A stretch of 64,000 nt of DNA, from positions 62,001 to 126,000 of the forward strand of contig NW_025767707.1 of NCBI RefSeq assembly GCF_003918875.1, written 5' to 3'. This stretch comes from Haliotis rubra (Eukaryota). Positions 24,622 through 36,700 of the stretch are shown in pieces (position 1 is the stretch's first letter; each line of letters starts with the position of its first letter). A program made the translations under genes and the position numbers. Below the pieces are notes generated by a model, which did no database searches, was not told where the DNA came from, and saw only the letters and a list, made by a program, of their open reading frames with translations.

Positions 24622-25193
24622 AGATCCGATTGTATCCGGCCGTGGACGAAGTGGCTCAAACGCTCGAAACTGTGGACGGATTGCGTTTGCACCAAATCGG
24701 TGAGATCAAAGGTTCTCTGGAACGAGAATGCGATGTGTGGATCGGATTACACAAAAAATACCATAGGGCCACCAATGCTCTGGACTTTTTGGATGCTGCC
24801 CTGATGGTAGCCAGTCTGGGACTTGGCGCGGCTGGCGTCGGCTTATTATCGACCATTATAGCCGCCCCCGTCGTCCTCGGGTTAGCAGCCGGGGTATCCG
24901 TTAAGTTCATTTCACGTCGGTTTCATTGAAGCATGACGAAATTAGAATTCTAGCCAAAGCGAAGTTAAACACGATCTCTGATCACGTGTCCAAAGCTCTT
25001 ACCGATTCTAAAATATCTGAGGAAGAGTTTCGTCTGGTGATGTCTGAAATTGCAAAGTACCACCGGACGAAAAGAGAGAGTCTAGGAAACCTCTGACATC
25101 AGCGAAGAGGAGAAAAAACAATTAATCGAAGAAGGCAGACAACAAATTATTCAAACCTTCCTTACCAAGAACAACGATCTCATCAAATATTAA
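24622..25193 (+). pseudogene. Hydrophobic-hairpin membrane protein of a type common in animal Mavericks/adintoviruses
   Basis: The sequence runs LRLHQIGEIK...KKYHR, a Gly/Ala-rich double hydrophobic segment, then across a frameshift KHDEIRILAKAKLNTISDHVSKALTDSKISEEEFRLVMSE. Confidence 0.65.
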
Positions 25194-26774
25194 CGTTAAA
25201 CTGTTTTATAGATATCAACAGAACAGATAAGCTATAACCCCCATCGGGCTCATCCTTATGGAAGCCTTCCACACACAAATTAAGACTTACAGATGGAAAA
25301 CCAACATGCGCACAAAACATTTAACACCATTTTTTCATTAGCTGCTGGGCTGGAATTACATTCTAATTAACCTTCCATGGCAATTGCGGCCGGAGCCCTA
25401 GTGTCAAACTACTTTGAAAAAAACGCGGCAATTGCCTTTCCCATAATCAGAAAAAAAATTATCTTATCAATACAATCGCACCGTTCTAACTATAGCATGA
25501 GGATCTAGCATCTGCAAATCTTTAATGGAATTGTGTTGTTCTGTTCCACAGGGATGTTGGTGTATTGTGCAGTATTTGGGGCAGTGCTTGGTAAACTAGG
25601 CCATAAAGGCCGGATCATCTTCAAGTTCTTTGAGGAACTGAATGAGATCACGATGGGCATTGTACAACTCGTTATGTGGTAAGTAATCCAGGACACCCCC
25701 TGCTGTTTCATACATAGATGAGACCCGCGAAGATCCGGGTTAGAATTGATCTTCAGTAACCCAGGCTTGTCGTAAGATACGACTAACGGGATTGGGCGGT
25801 CAGACTCGCCGACTTGGTTGACACGTGTCATAGTATCCCAGTTTCGCAGATTAATGCTCATGCTGTTAATCACTGGATTGACAGGTCCAGACTCGATTAT
25901 TTACAGACCCTTGTCACAGAGCTGAAATATTGCTGAGTGCGACGTTATACAACAAACAAACTCATACAGAAATGAATGGAGTATGTTTTAAACATATCAA
26001 GATTTTGTCTTTACTTATAATCAGCATCTCATGCATGTTCCATGAATATATTGTCATTGACCGTCAAAGTTGCGATCTATGGCTTCATGCTACAATATCC
26101 TGTTAATTATAGAATTTCAGCGAAACACTTTAAATGCTGATAAATAATGCACATGAACACTCTTTCAGCTAACTGCAGGAAACTGGTTACATTGCCCGGG
26201 TTTGAACCCTACATGGTGAAGACCTGTTAGGGTGTCCGCCGCAATGATTGTGCTGTGCATTATAAATGACTTTTGAAATTACTCGTCTACTCACGCAATA
26301 GCTGCAATAGTGCTCAGTGACCTACATATCAAGTAAATAATTCACGTACCAGTGTCTAAACTGACTCAAGCGACGTACGTATGGTTATGCATTTCACTTG
26401 TAACCATTATATATGTAACGATAATTTCATTATAGGCGTTGTAAATATACATTTCATTTACCCCGGCAAATATGTGTGTGAGCTAAATGATTCAAGAATG
26501 TAAAACAGCACTGAGCATGAACACTTCAATTATGTAATTCAATTGAACAATTCAATCATCAAAAATATGTCAAATGTTTACAATATGTTATACAGCTAAA
26601 GAGGTGGTAGGGTAGCCTTTTGGTTCAGGTGTTCGAAAGTGCCAGGGTTCAATTCTCCACATGGGAAGCCCATTTCTGATGTCCCCCGCCGTGATATTGC
26701 AGGGATATTGCTAAAGACGACATGAAGCCCAACTCGATCGATTAGAAAGTACATAGGAAGGGATGATGACAAAG

Positions 26775-26990
26775 TTAGTATGATTCATAGAATTGGCGGA
26801 AAAGATAGGTTTTGAGACTCGATTTGAATGATTCAAACGTTGAAGACAGTTCAAGGTTTTGGGGAAGAAAGTTCCACATATAGAGGGCATAATGTTCAAA
26901 AGATCTGTGACCAAAACACTTGAGTTTGTATTGTGGCACTGTCAGTAGCTTCTGGTGTTGAAATCTTAGTTCCCGTGCTGGGACATCAGC
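26775..26990 (-). mobile_element. CR1/L2-group LINE 3' fragment at the breakpoint of the exon 5-7 deletion
   Basis: LLTVP...FGHRSF...WNFLP...FKSSLKTYLF is the typical C-terminus of CR1/L2 ORF2. Confidence 0.8.
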
Positions 26991-28139
26991 TCTGAACACA
27001 AAAATAGTCTGAAATATATTTTCCGTTTATGTGCTCCCTTCATGTTTCACCTGCATAACACAATCTATAAACAAATGACATGTTCATGGCCTAACATGTT
27101 TCATTCTTTTGGACGATGAGAGCAGCTATGTCCTGGTGTTTCAGCGGGCGAATGAGGACTATCACTAATGTGAATGGAGACTGTATGGGCGCAGCTATTC
27201 TCCAGCACTTCTTCCATCAAGATGGCAGCAATCGTTCGGCATATGAAAAAAGCCCACTCTCACAGGACGAGAGAGAGATGGCGGACGTTCAGCCACTTGA
27301 ATAGGACGTGGAGTGTTGCACACGCTTTCATTATTCTCAGGAAGTCGTTTCACCGCTTGACTTTTTATCGCCGCCGAACACAACAATCGTCAACTCCATT
27401 TCATGTGTCATTGGGGCGTCTGGGTAGCCTGGTGGTTCAAGCGTTCGCTCGTCACGCCGGAGACCCGGGTTCGATTCCCCTCACGGGTACAATGTGTGAA
27501 GGCCATTTCTGGTGTCCCCCGCCTAGATATTGATGGAATATTGATAAATACTATACGAATATTGCAGAAACCTAACCTCACACATGTGTTTTAAAATCTC
27601 TGTTATTTGAAACGAAATGTGTTGTCTTTGGGTTATACTTTAAAATGCGTTTAGACATGGTAAGATCCATGTCTAGGAACCTGTTCAAACCCTACAAGTA
27701 AAACAGATCTCCACACGTTTTGGTTTACTAACAAGAAATTAATTTATCGCCTCATAGCCCTACACCACAAATACACATTCCTACCTAAACCTGTTAAACA
27801 TTGATCCTAAAGACGTATAGACCATAAAACATGGGACAAGGAACATGCTGAGCTTTGTATATGTGGGTTTCTGGCAATAAAGAATTGTAGCTCAGCTTGA
27901 TTTATTGTGGAAAGTTTCATGTAGGGATGGTCCTTGAATGAAAACTCTTGACCCAGTCATTACAGTATACGACGCTTATAAGGGACTAACAGACACAAAT
28001 AACTCTTTTGGTGTCTCGGATTCTTGGTGTATATTACAACCAACAAGGATATAACGAACCAAAATTATTTGTCCTTTTGAGTTCGTTATATACATAGTTT
28101 TTTGTTTGGGCCGTTATTGTTTGGACAGTTATTCTGTGA

Positions 28140-30070
28140 TTCTACCCGTGAAGATCCAGGTTAGAACTGGTTTTCAGCAACCCATGCTTGTCATAAGAGG
28201 CGAGTAACGGGATCGCGTGGTCAGGATCACTGACTTGGTTGGCACTCGTCATCGTATACCTATTGTGTAGATCGATGCTCATGAAGTTGATCACTGGGTT
28301 GTCTGGTCAAGACTCGATGATTTACAGACCGCCGCTGGAATATTGCGACAAACAACAAACAAACAGACAAACCTGCCATTATAATTTGTACATTCCCATC
28401 CCGAGGCATGCGTGTAAATAGTACCAAATGATGTGGAAAATGTCAGCATTTACATGAACAATAAGTTAACACTGTTCGTAACTTCATGAAATGGGCTGTG
28501 TGCCTGTGGCTCCTTGTGGTAATCCGAACTTATATCGAATATTATAGGCTTAGCTGTGAGCATATGTATTTATGCTGTACGGCTCTCAGGATTTAACCAC
28601 ATTTGCATTCTCGACACGTCTGCTTATTCCTATGTGACACCATCATGCTTATTTATGCTGTCTGGGTTCAATCACTGTTCCATGTTGGACACACCCTCTG
28701 TTGGTAGTTATTGTAATCAGTCGATGCTGAGTGAACCAAAGGCTAAGGACATCATTTTAAAACTGAACATTTATTTTTAAATCGTGTATATTGTTTGAAG
28801 CATTTTTCAGTTGGAACGACAAATGTTCCCGTTCAAAATGGCCTGTTGTTTATGGTTTCGAGAGCTGAATACCATTCAGAAGATCGTTTGATGGAACCAT
28901 ATGTTCTATTGTTGGAGAGACAGACACACTGAAGTCCACATACATACAAACAGGTGTTTTACGGGATACATAGAGAATATAAAACGATGTTCCGTGTAAT
29001 ACCATATTTATGAAACGAGTGAATGGTTAGGTCTCTAACGAGCAAAAGCGAGTTAGATACCAATACCATTCACGAAATCTTATAGCCCCAGCTGTAAACA
29101 TATATATCAATGCTGCACGGACAAACTCATCATGGTTCATGCACTCGGGATTTTATCGCTTTTGCATTCTCGGCACATCTCTTTGTTCCTCTGTAACATC
29201 ATCATACTAATTTATGCTATCCGGGTTTGACCACTGTAGCATTCTGGACACACCCGTTGTTGGTTATCATTAGAAATCAGTCCAAGCTGAGTAAACCAAA
29301 AGGTAAGGACATCTGTTTTTAGAACTGCACACTTATTTTTTAATCGCGTGTATTGTTTGAAGAATGTTTCAGTTGGAACGACAAAATACTCCCCTTAAAA
29401 ATGGCCTGTTTTGTGGTTACCAGAGAAGAAATCAAATCAAAAGATCGTTTGATGGAACTAAATGTTCCTATTGTTGGAGAGACAGACACACTGAAGACAA
29501 GTATGCACATACATACAAACAGGGTTATTTCGGGATACAAAATGGTAGCAATGCCGTGTGCTATTCATATGGATACTCCTTGTTTGGGCACACTGGTAGT
29601 GCCTAAACCACCTGAAAACTATACCATATCCGCAGAGGTTGCAATTTTGCCCCACGAAAGAAACTTTCCTAAACGATATTTTCAGTTGAAAATTGATGTC
29701 TTGAAGCAGAAACCCAAAGCTGTCCTTTCCCTGAACAAAACTACTTGAAATCATATAATTGTTGGTTTTGTTTTATTTGGCAGTTACAGCGGTTTTACGG
29801 GATACATAGAGAACACTAAACGATGTCCCATGTAATACCATATTTATGAAACGAGTGAATAGTTTGGTCTATAACGAGCGAAAGAGAGTTAGATACCAAT
29901 ATCATTCACGATTCATAAATATGGTATTACACGGGACACCGTTAGTATTTTATTTATAACTCATTCAACAATAGCAAAATAATGTCTCAGAATTCAACTT
30001 ACAAAATACTCCGTCACAACAGGGGTCACGCGTATGAGTACATTTCATTTATAATTGTCAACATTAGTCT
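28140..30070 (+). repeat. Intergenic spacer duplicated from ~9926-11060, present here as a close copy plus an older diverged copy
   Basis: 28370-29075 is near-identical to 10155-10880. 29200-29540 and 29790-30070 repeat the same blocks with more divergence. Confidence 0.85.
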
Positions 30071-32865
30071 TGTAGACTACATACTGGCTTCAACAAACTG
30101 TTTTAGTGCTATTCTAGACATGTTTGTGCATTCTCGACCAGACTCGGATCACCTACCATTATCATGCACTATAAACCTCTGTGTTGTTGCAGGGATAGAA
30201 GCCGATAGTAACGATAATGAAAGAAGCATAGAGTGTTATCAAGTTGACAAATTCAAGGCATGTAAGAGCAAGGATTATCAATTTGATCTCAACATAACGT
30301 CTGATGTAGCATCTAATATTGTTGATGACTTTCAACAATTGGTAAACGTAAATATCAATGCTGCAGCGGACAAGCTGGTAGAACTAATGCAGCATGTAGG
30401 AAGCCATCAACGTGTAACTGACGCTGCCTAAAGTAGCGAAACAAAAGCCTGTACAACCTAAGTGGTTTGACCAAGACTGTGAGCGTGCTAAGAGAAAAAG
30501 ATCTTTCACTTAAACACGTTTCGAGGTGTCGGTCCACAGAAACTCTCAATTGCTATATTGATGCAAAGAGGAATTTCAAAAGTGTATGCCGGGATAAATC
30601 TCGAAGATTAAATAACATGATTGCTGATGAAATACGTGCAGCAGCCGCAGATGGTGATTGTAAGAAGTTTTGGTCTAAGGTAAAATCCCTTACAACTGGT
30701 TCGGGAGGGAACAATTGTATTCCCATTTGTAAATGGGTTACATATTTCAAGGAATTACTTAATCCTGCAACCAATGTAAATGATGAAGGTTTTGATGAAA
30801 CCGCTCGTGAATATATATCAAGTCATGACTGTTCAGACTTTGACAACGAAGACTTCTTATCAGACCCAATAAATAAAAATGAAATAGAACAGGCTATCAA
30901 ATCCCTTAAGACCGGAAAATCCCCGGGCACTGACGGAATACCACCTGAGTTTTAATAAATGCAAATTTCCTTATTCCATACTTAGAATTACTCAGTCTGT
31001 TTAACGCTGTATTAGACACTGGTGTATTTCCAGACAACTGGAACATCGGTATGATTATACCATTGTATAAGAAAGGTAATAAGCATGACCCGAATAATTA
31101 TCGTGGCATATCATTGTTGAATGTGATGGGTAAAATTTTCACTTCCATCCTTGACTCCAGAATTCGTATCTCGATGGAATTGCATGAGATTTTACAGTGT
31201 CAAGCAGGATTTAGACCTGACTATTCAACAGTCGATAACATATTTGTCCTTCAATCTCTATGCCAAAAATATCTAAGAAAACCCAAACATCGATTTTATG
31301 CAGCTTTTATTGACTTCAGAAAAGCCTTTGATTTTGTAAATAGAAATAAGCTTTTATATGTACTCCTCACCAAAGGTGTCCATGGAATAAATTTCAAGTT
31401 GCTGAAAGATAGGTATGACAAGGTATCAGCTTGTGTTAAAGTTGGAAATAAGAGATCTGAAATCTTTAACAAATCATCTGGGGTAAAGCAAGGTTGCATG
31501 CTTAGCCCAGCTCTGTTTATACTTTTTATCAACGAGCTTGTGGATGAAATGAATAACTATGGATTAAGGGAATATTTGTCAAAGATGGTTTAAATGAAAT
31601 TCTGTTACTGCTTTTTACGATGTTACTTTACTTGATGACACTGTTATTAGTTTACAAAGAAAACTTGATACATTGTATCGTTTTTGCTCAAAATGGGGTT
31701 TAGAAGTTAATCTTGACAAATCTTGTATAGTAGTATTTAGAAATGGTGGATATCTTAAGAAATCAGAAAAATGGTTCTATAATGGAAACCAAATGAATGT
31801 TGTATCACACTTTAAATATCTAGGTGTTGTTTTTACCACAAAATTGATATGGTCGAGGACATGTGAAACACTAAGTCTTCAAGCCAAAAACGCCTCGTTC
31901 CCTATATTTAAAATGTTTAAAGATCTTCCACATATATCTTTGAAAGTTGCTTCAGCCATATTTGATAGTTAGATATCCCCAATATTATTGTACGGTAGTA
32001 AAATCTGGGGGCATTCATGTCGTCCTCACATTGAGAAAACCCAATGTTTCTTTTTCAAACGTTTTCTGAGTGTTAATAAAAATGTTTCTTCCAATGGTGT
32101 ACTTGGTGAAATTGGCAGGACCCAATTATGCGTTAAATATTACGGCAGATGTATCAAATATTGGTGCAGAATATTATAATATGGACAATAATCGACATCC
32201 CAAATTATGTTATGAAATGTTAAAGTTGCAAGACGATAGTGGCAGCTGCAACTGGGTTACGCATGTGCGTCTACTTTTATTCCGAACTGGATTTTCTTAC
32301 GTTTGGATTACACAGGAATGTGGGAATATAGAAACTTTTATAAGTGAATTTAGACAAAGATGTCAAAATATTGAAATTCAAAATTGGCACTCTAGGATAA
32401 CATCATCTTTTCTAAAAGACAATGGAGCAATCACGTCCGCCCTCGAACCTGAAAAATACATATTGGAACTTTGTCATAACAAGGACCTTATACGCATTTT
32501 ATGCAAATTCCGCTGTTTAAGCCATAAGTTAAATGTTCAACAACAACGTTATAATAATAATATAAATTTCAATGTATTGATATGTGACAAATGTGATTTT
32601 AATGTTACACAGGATGAATTTCATTCTATTCTGTACAAAGAAAACTGTACTTACCTAGTTATTACCATACGTTCCCATCAAGATTAAAATTTAAACAACT
32701 TTTAACAACAACAAATGCACATCTATTGAAGTCAATAGAATTATTTCTAAAGCGTAACTTGCCTGTATGAAATTGAACTAATTACATTGTTTTTTTCTGT
32801 CCATCCGCACAATATTGTTCTTATATGTTTGTACTCTTGGCCATGTGGCCTCAAATACTGAATAA

Positions 32866-32894
<29 letters not shown>
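30071..32894 (+). mobile_element. 5'-truncated non-LTR retrotransposon (RTE-X-like; endonuclease end plus RT), decayed
   Basis: Motifs are VDYIL...SDHLP, KSPGTDGIPPEF, NYRGISLL, FIDFRKAFD, GVKQGCMLSP and FKYLGV. It ends with AATAAA and a (TTC)n tail, with TSD TTAGTCT at 30064-30070 and 32895-32901. The clade call is tentative. Confidence 0.9.
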
Positions 32895-32897
<3 letters not shown>

Positions 32898-33763
32898 GTC
32901 TATTTAATTTGATTTTTAAAAATAGACAAATGGGTATGAAAAGGGTAGCAAATAACTTCACCCAACATAAGTTTGTTTTCATGTAAATGCTAGTACACGC
33001 AACAGAGCAAACAACATTTGAAACTTCTTTTCTAAGAATTGAACGAGTGCACACCTTTGGTCATGTGACCAAGTGCAAATAGTTCCGATAGCACGCGATG
33101 TTATTACAGAATATGTAATAACATTGTAGATTTAATATACATTGACATAATCAACGGGTGAGAAACAAAGCATGGTAACGATGTTGTGTAGTGTTCAAGT
33201 CGATGCACCTTGTTGGGGCACACAAGTAGCGCCTAAAACCACCTGAAAGTAATATATCCGCAGAGGTTGCAGTTTTGCCTGTTTTTCTGTTTTAGTTACT
33301 TGGGGGCGGTTTTTGTGGTTGGTTTGAAAACTAAAAAAGTTAAAGGAAACTCAATCTTTCATTAGATATACTTTATTCAAAATGGTGAAAGGTATCTTGC
33401 AAAACGTACACCACAGTGTTTAGTCGATACCAGTAGATTTTTCAATACACGCCAAACACGAATGTAAGTTAACAATGCATTTTTGCAAGCTTGATGTAAT
33501 ATTATATTTCGGATTACACTTTCTCAAGTAAAGTACAAATTCTTATATCTTTTATAATCCCAAATGTAGCATATGTAATACACTGCATAGCAATTAAATA
33601 GAAACAAATAGGTCATTAGATGCCTGGCATCAGAAATATCCAAGACGATGATTGTATTACTATAAGTGATAAACACTTATAACAAAATAGGAAACACTCA
33701 TAATGATTCTCACATAAAGTTTCGATGATACTTAACTATAATTAAGGTATTCTATTTTTCAAG

Positions 33764-36700
33764 ATGGCGTTAAAGACCTGTTTGAAGGCCAACATCCTGC
33801 TCATCCTTACCGTCATCTCTGCAGTCATGGGCGTGACCATCGGGTTGCTTTTTCGTCAGCTTCATCTCTCCCCGGACACCATCCTACTCATCAGTCTCCC
33901 TGGGGATATAGTCATGAGGATGTTGAACATGCTCATACTTCCGCTGATTGTTGCAAGCATGATCACAGGTACAGCAGAATCTGTTTTAACCGGACGTTAT
34001 TCTCTGCTTTGTTTAAGACCGCCATCTTAACCAGAAGTACAGTACTCTGCCTCACAGTCCCTGAACTGCATTACTTTCCCTTGTGCTTACAGACCCGTGA
34101 AAATCCGGGTTAGAATTGGTCTTCAGCAACTGTTATTGTCATCCAGGCGATCGGGTGGTCTGGCTCGCTGACTGGGTCGACATATGTCATCATGTCCCAA
34201 TTGTGTACACTGATGCTCATGCTGGATTGTCTGGTCCAGACTCGATCACAGACCGCAGACATATAGCTTGAATATTGCTGAGTGCGGCATTAAACAACAA
34301 CCATCCATGCCTTCTTCTTAGCCTTTTCTGCAATTCTAAGCTCTAAATGAGGCAAGTCCAGATTTGCTCAAGTACATGATCTTCCATCTCTCTTGGGATC
34401 CTTTTCAATTTAATAGGATTTGTTTGTTTTTATGAAAATTATATATTTTGAACGACTGGTGTCATCACTGGTGATGTTGTACTGTATTATAACATTTGGT
34501 TTTGGATACATTTATACGTTTTGGTAATTTAGGTAACTAATATACACGGAAATTACGTAAACCAAATTTTCAAGCAAATGCATCGTGCAATAGTACTGAC
34601 GGCGAGACTACTACTTTTGGATTCACAATTCCATCAATAATCAAATCTCGTCACGATTAATAGCTTTCATTAACAGTCCTTTATGTACAAAACCCCATGA
34701 AGTCACTGCACGTATTATACATTAGAATATTAATTCTAGTTCTAGCCTAAATATTAATTAACGTATTCATTACAACCCGCGCAAGTTATTGGTTCTTTAC
34801 ATCGATAGTTGTAAGAACTTGCAAAGAAACACTGTTACTGAGATAGGCCCGTTGTTCATTTTATTATTCCTTTTAGAGTTACTCTGTGTTTTAACAGGAA
34901 TTGCTATCAAGAACAGAATGTCATCAGGAAAGATGGGTCTGTTCTCCATTTGATTATTGCCTTTAGAGTTACTCTATGTTTTAACAGGAATCGCTAACAC
35001 GGGCAGCACGTCATCAGGAAAGATAGGTCTGTTCTTAGTGATTATTCCATTTGACGTTACTTTATGTTTTAACAGGAATTGCCAACATGGACAGCAACTC
35101 ATCGGGAAAGATGGGTCTGTTCACTATGGCCTACTATATTTCAACAACCGTCATTGCAATCTGTATTGGCTTTGCTCTGGTGTTCATTATCAAGCCAGGA
35201 TTACGTGACACGCCGACGTCTTCAGGCACGCAGTCTGAAGAGTTCCATGCTCCTTCGGCAGTTGACATGATTCTTGATCTCATCAAGTGAGTGATGACAG
35301 TTATAATATACGTATAAACTATCTGACCTTGCCTTGTTTTCGACTGACAGCCCTAATGTCTCCTTTGTACATTTGTCCATGCTGTTGATTTCTCAGGTAC
35401 TGATGTGCCTTTGCATGTGTTTGTGATGAGTGCCATCGATGGGACAGTATGCAGCACAATTTTGTCCCCAAACTGGAACTGATTATTCTCTAGCTTTGAC
35501 TTTCTATATTTTGATCATGGAAATATTGTCGCTTATAATACTGAAAACTGGGTTAAGCGTACATCTGCACTTGCAATGAAAGGAGTTAATTGAGTTTATC
35601 ACAGCCCGGAGTTGCACAGTCAAGGTTGTACTTTACTGAGAAAGTGTAATACCAAATATACCATATATTACATTTGACCACTTTCTAAAATGGCATTATG
35701 TATTTTCATAGCTTTCGGCCGTGGGAGCCGTGCCAATTAACACTTATCAGAGGGATACACAAAGTCCGCAGTCTATACTACCAGTTGTCCAACTTCCATT
35801 TTTGTGTAAGCCGCGGTGGCTAAGTGGTCTGGGTGTCTGACTTTCTGTGCTTGCGATTAGGTGCCTGACTCTGAGGGTGTGGGTTCGAATCCCGGATGGG
35901 ACTCAACCCCCCCAAAATACTAGAATCTGTACTTTACTGAGAAAGTGTAATCCCAAATATAACATATGTTACATTTGACCACTTTTAAAATGGCATTGTG
36001 TATTTTCAGAGCTTTCGGCCGTGGGAGCCGTGCCAAATTAACATTTATCAGAGGGGTACACAAAGTCAGCAGTCCAGACTACCAGTTGTCCAACTTCCAT
36101 TTTTGTGTAAGCCGCGGTGGCTGAGTGGTCTGGGCGTCTTAAATTCTTTGCTCGCGATTAGGTGCCTGACTCTGAGGGTGTGGGTTCGAATCCCGGATGG
36201 GACTCAACCCAAAAAGTACTAGAATCTGTACTTTACTGAGAAAGTGTAATCCCAAATATAGCATATGTTACATTTGACCACTTTGTACCCTTATGGGTTT
36301 TTTAAAAATTATCCAGGCTATCAACAGCCATTCCATGTATGGCACCCATGAAGGGCCAACTCCTCGTGGTGGGTGCTGGGTAACGCTAAGCGCCCTTCAA
36401 CCCCCCGTTGTGGACCCGGGGGTATATTTGGTCCACCAACCTGTTGGCCGTGGGTTGCGCCCCTGTGTCGGTGGAGGACGGGAGTCTGGTGGTTGAGGGC
36501 ACTGGGTCCAGGAACAGTGTTCCTTTGCCCAACACATCACTTCGCCCCTTACTTCACCTAGACGGGTGGTTGAATGGGCCCGGTTCAACCAATCGGCAGG
36601 TCACGTCATGCCCTGTGCATTGTATTTGAAATTGTACAAATTTGATTGATATTAATAATCCTGATAAAGGGCATTGTTCAACTTACTTCACTAAATTTAT

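Larger units (their letters stand above)
16851..25413. mobile_element. Maverick/Polinton-like (adintovirus-like) endogenous viral element, 8563 bp, decayed and non-autonomous
   Basis: Terminal inverted repeats at 16851-17028 and 25243-25413 both begin with AGTAGT and differ by about 8 substitutions plus a 7-bp indel. The interior is gene-dense and intronless, with integrase and capsid-like ORFs. The element is absent from the paralogous intron at ~43045. Confidence 0.88.
13361..27304 (+). pseudogene. SLC1A-family transporter copy B, pseudogene; exons 13361-13565, 14493-14703, 16287-16506, 25552-25678, 27145-27304
   Basis: The exons match copy C, but exon 3 is 220 nt instead of 221 (GAGGAAGAAACCC versus GAGGAAAGAAACCC, a frameshift). 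Exons 5-7 are missing between ~26730 and ~26995. Confidence 0.88.

Noticed and set aside
16851-25413. Bacterial prophage or contamination
   Set aside because: It sits in an intron whose flanks match the paralogous intron on both sides, has a eukaryotic Maverick-type integrase and TIRs, and is decayed like a genomic fossil.
16845-25419. Canonical 6-bp target-site duplication of the Maverick-like element
   Set aside because: The flanks ATTATA and TTGAAA do not match. At best there is a degraded TTATA/TTGAA, so no TSD is claimed.
27411-27490. Functional tRNA genes (also 36110-36205, 52022-52100, 57490-57560)
   Set aside because: Acceptor and anticodon stems do not pair properly, and each continues into a repeated SINE body.
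29353-29748. 131-aa ORF in the spacer
   Set aside because: It is built from duplicated non-coding blocks whose other copies (10610-10760, 12676-12900) do not keep the frame.
32851-33054. ORF with poly-Arg
   Set aside because: It is the reverse translation of the LINE (TTC)n tail.
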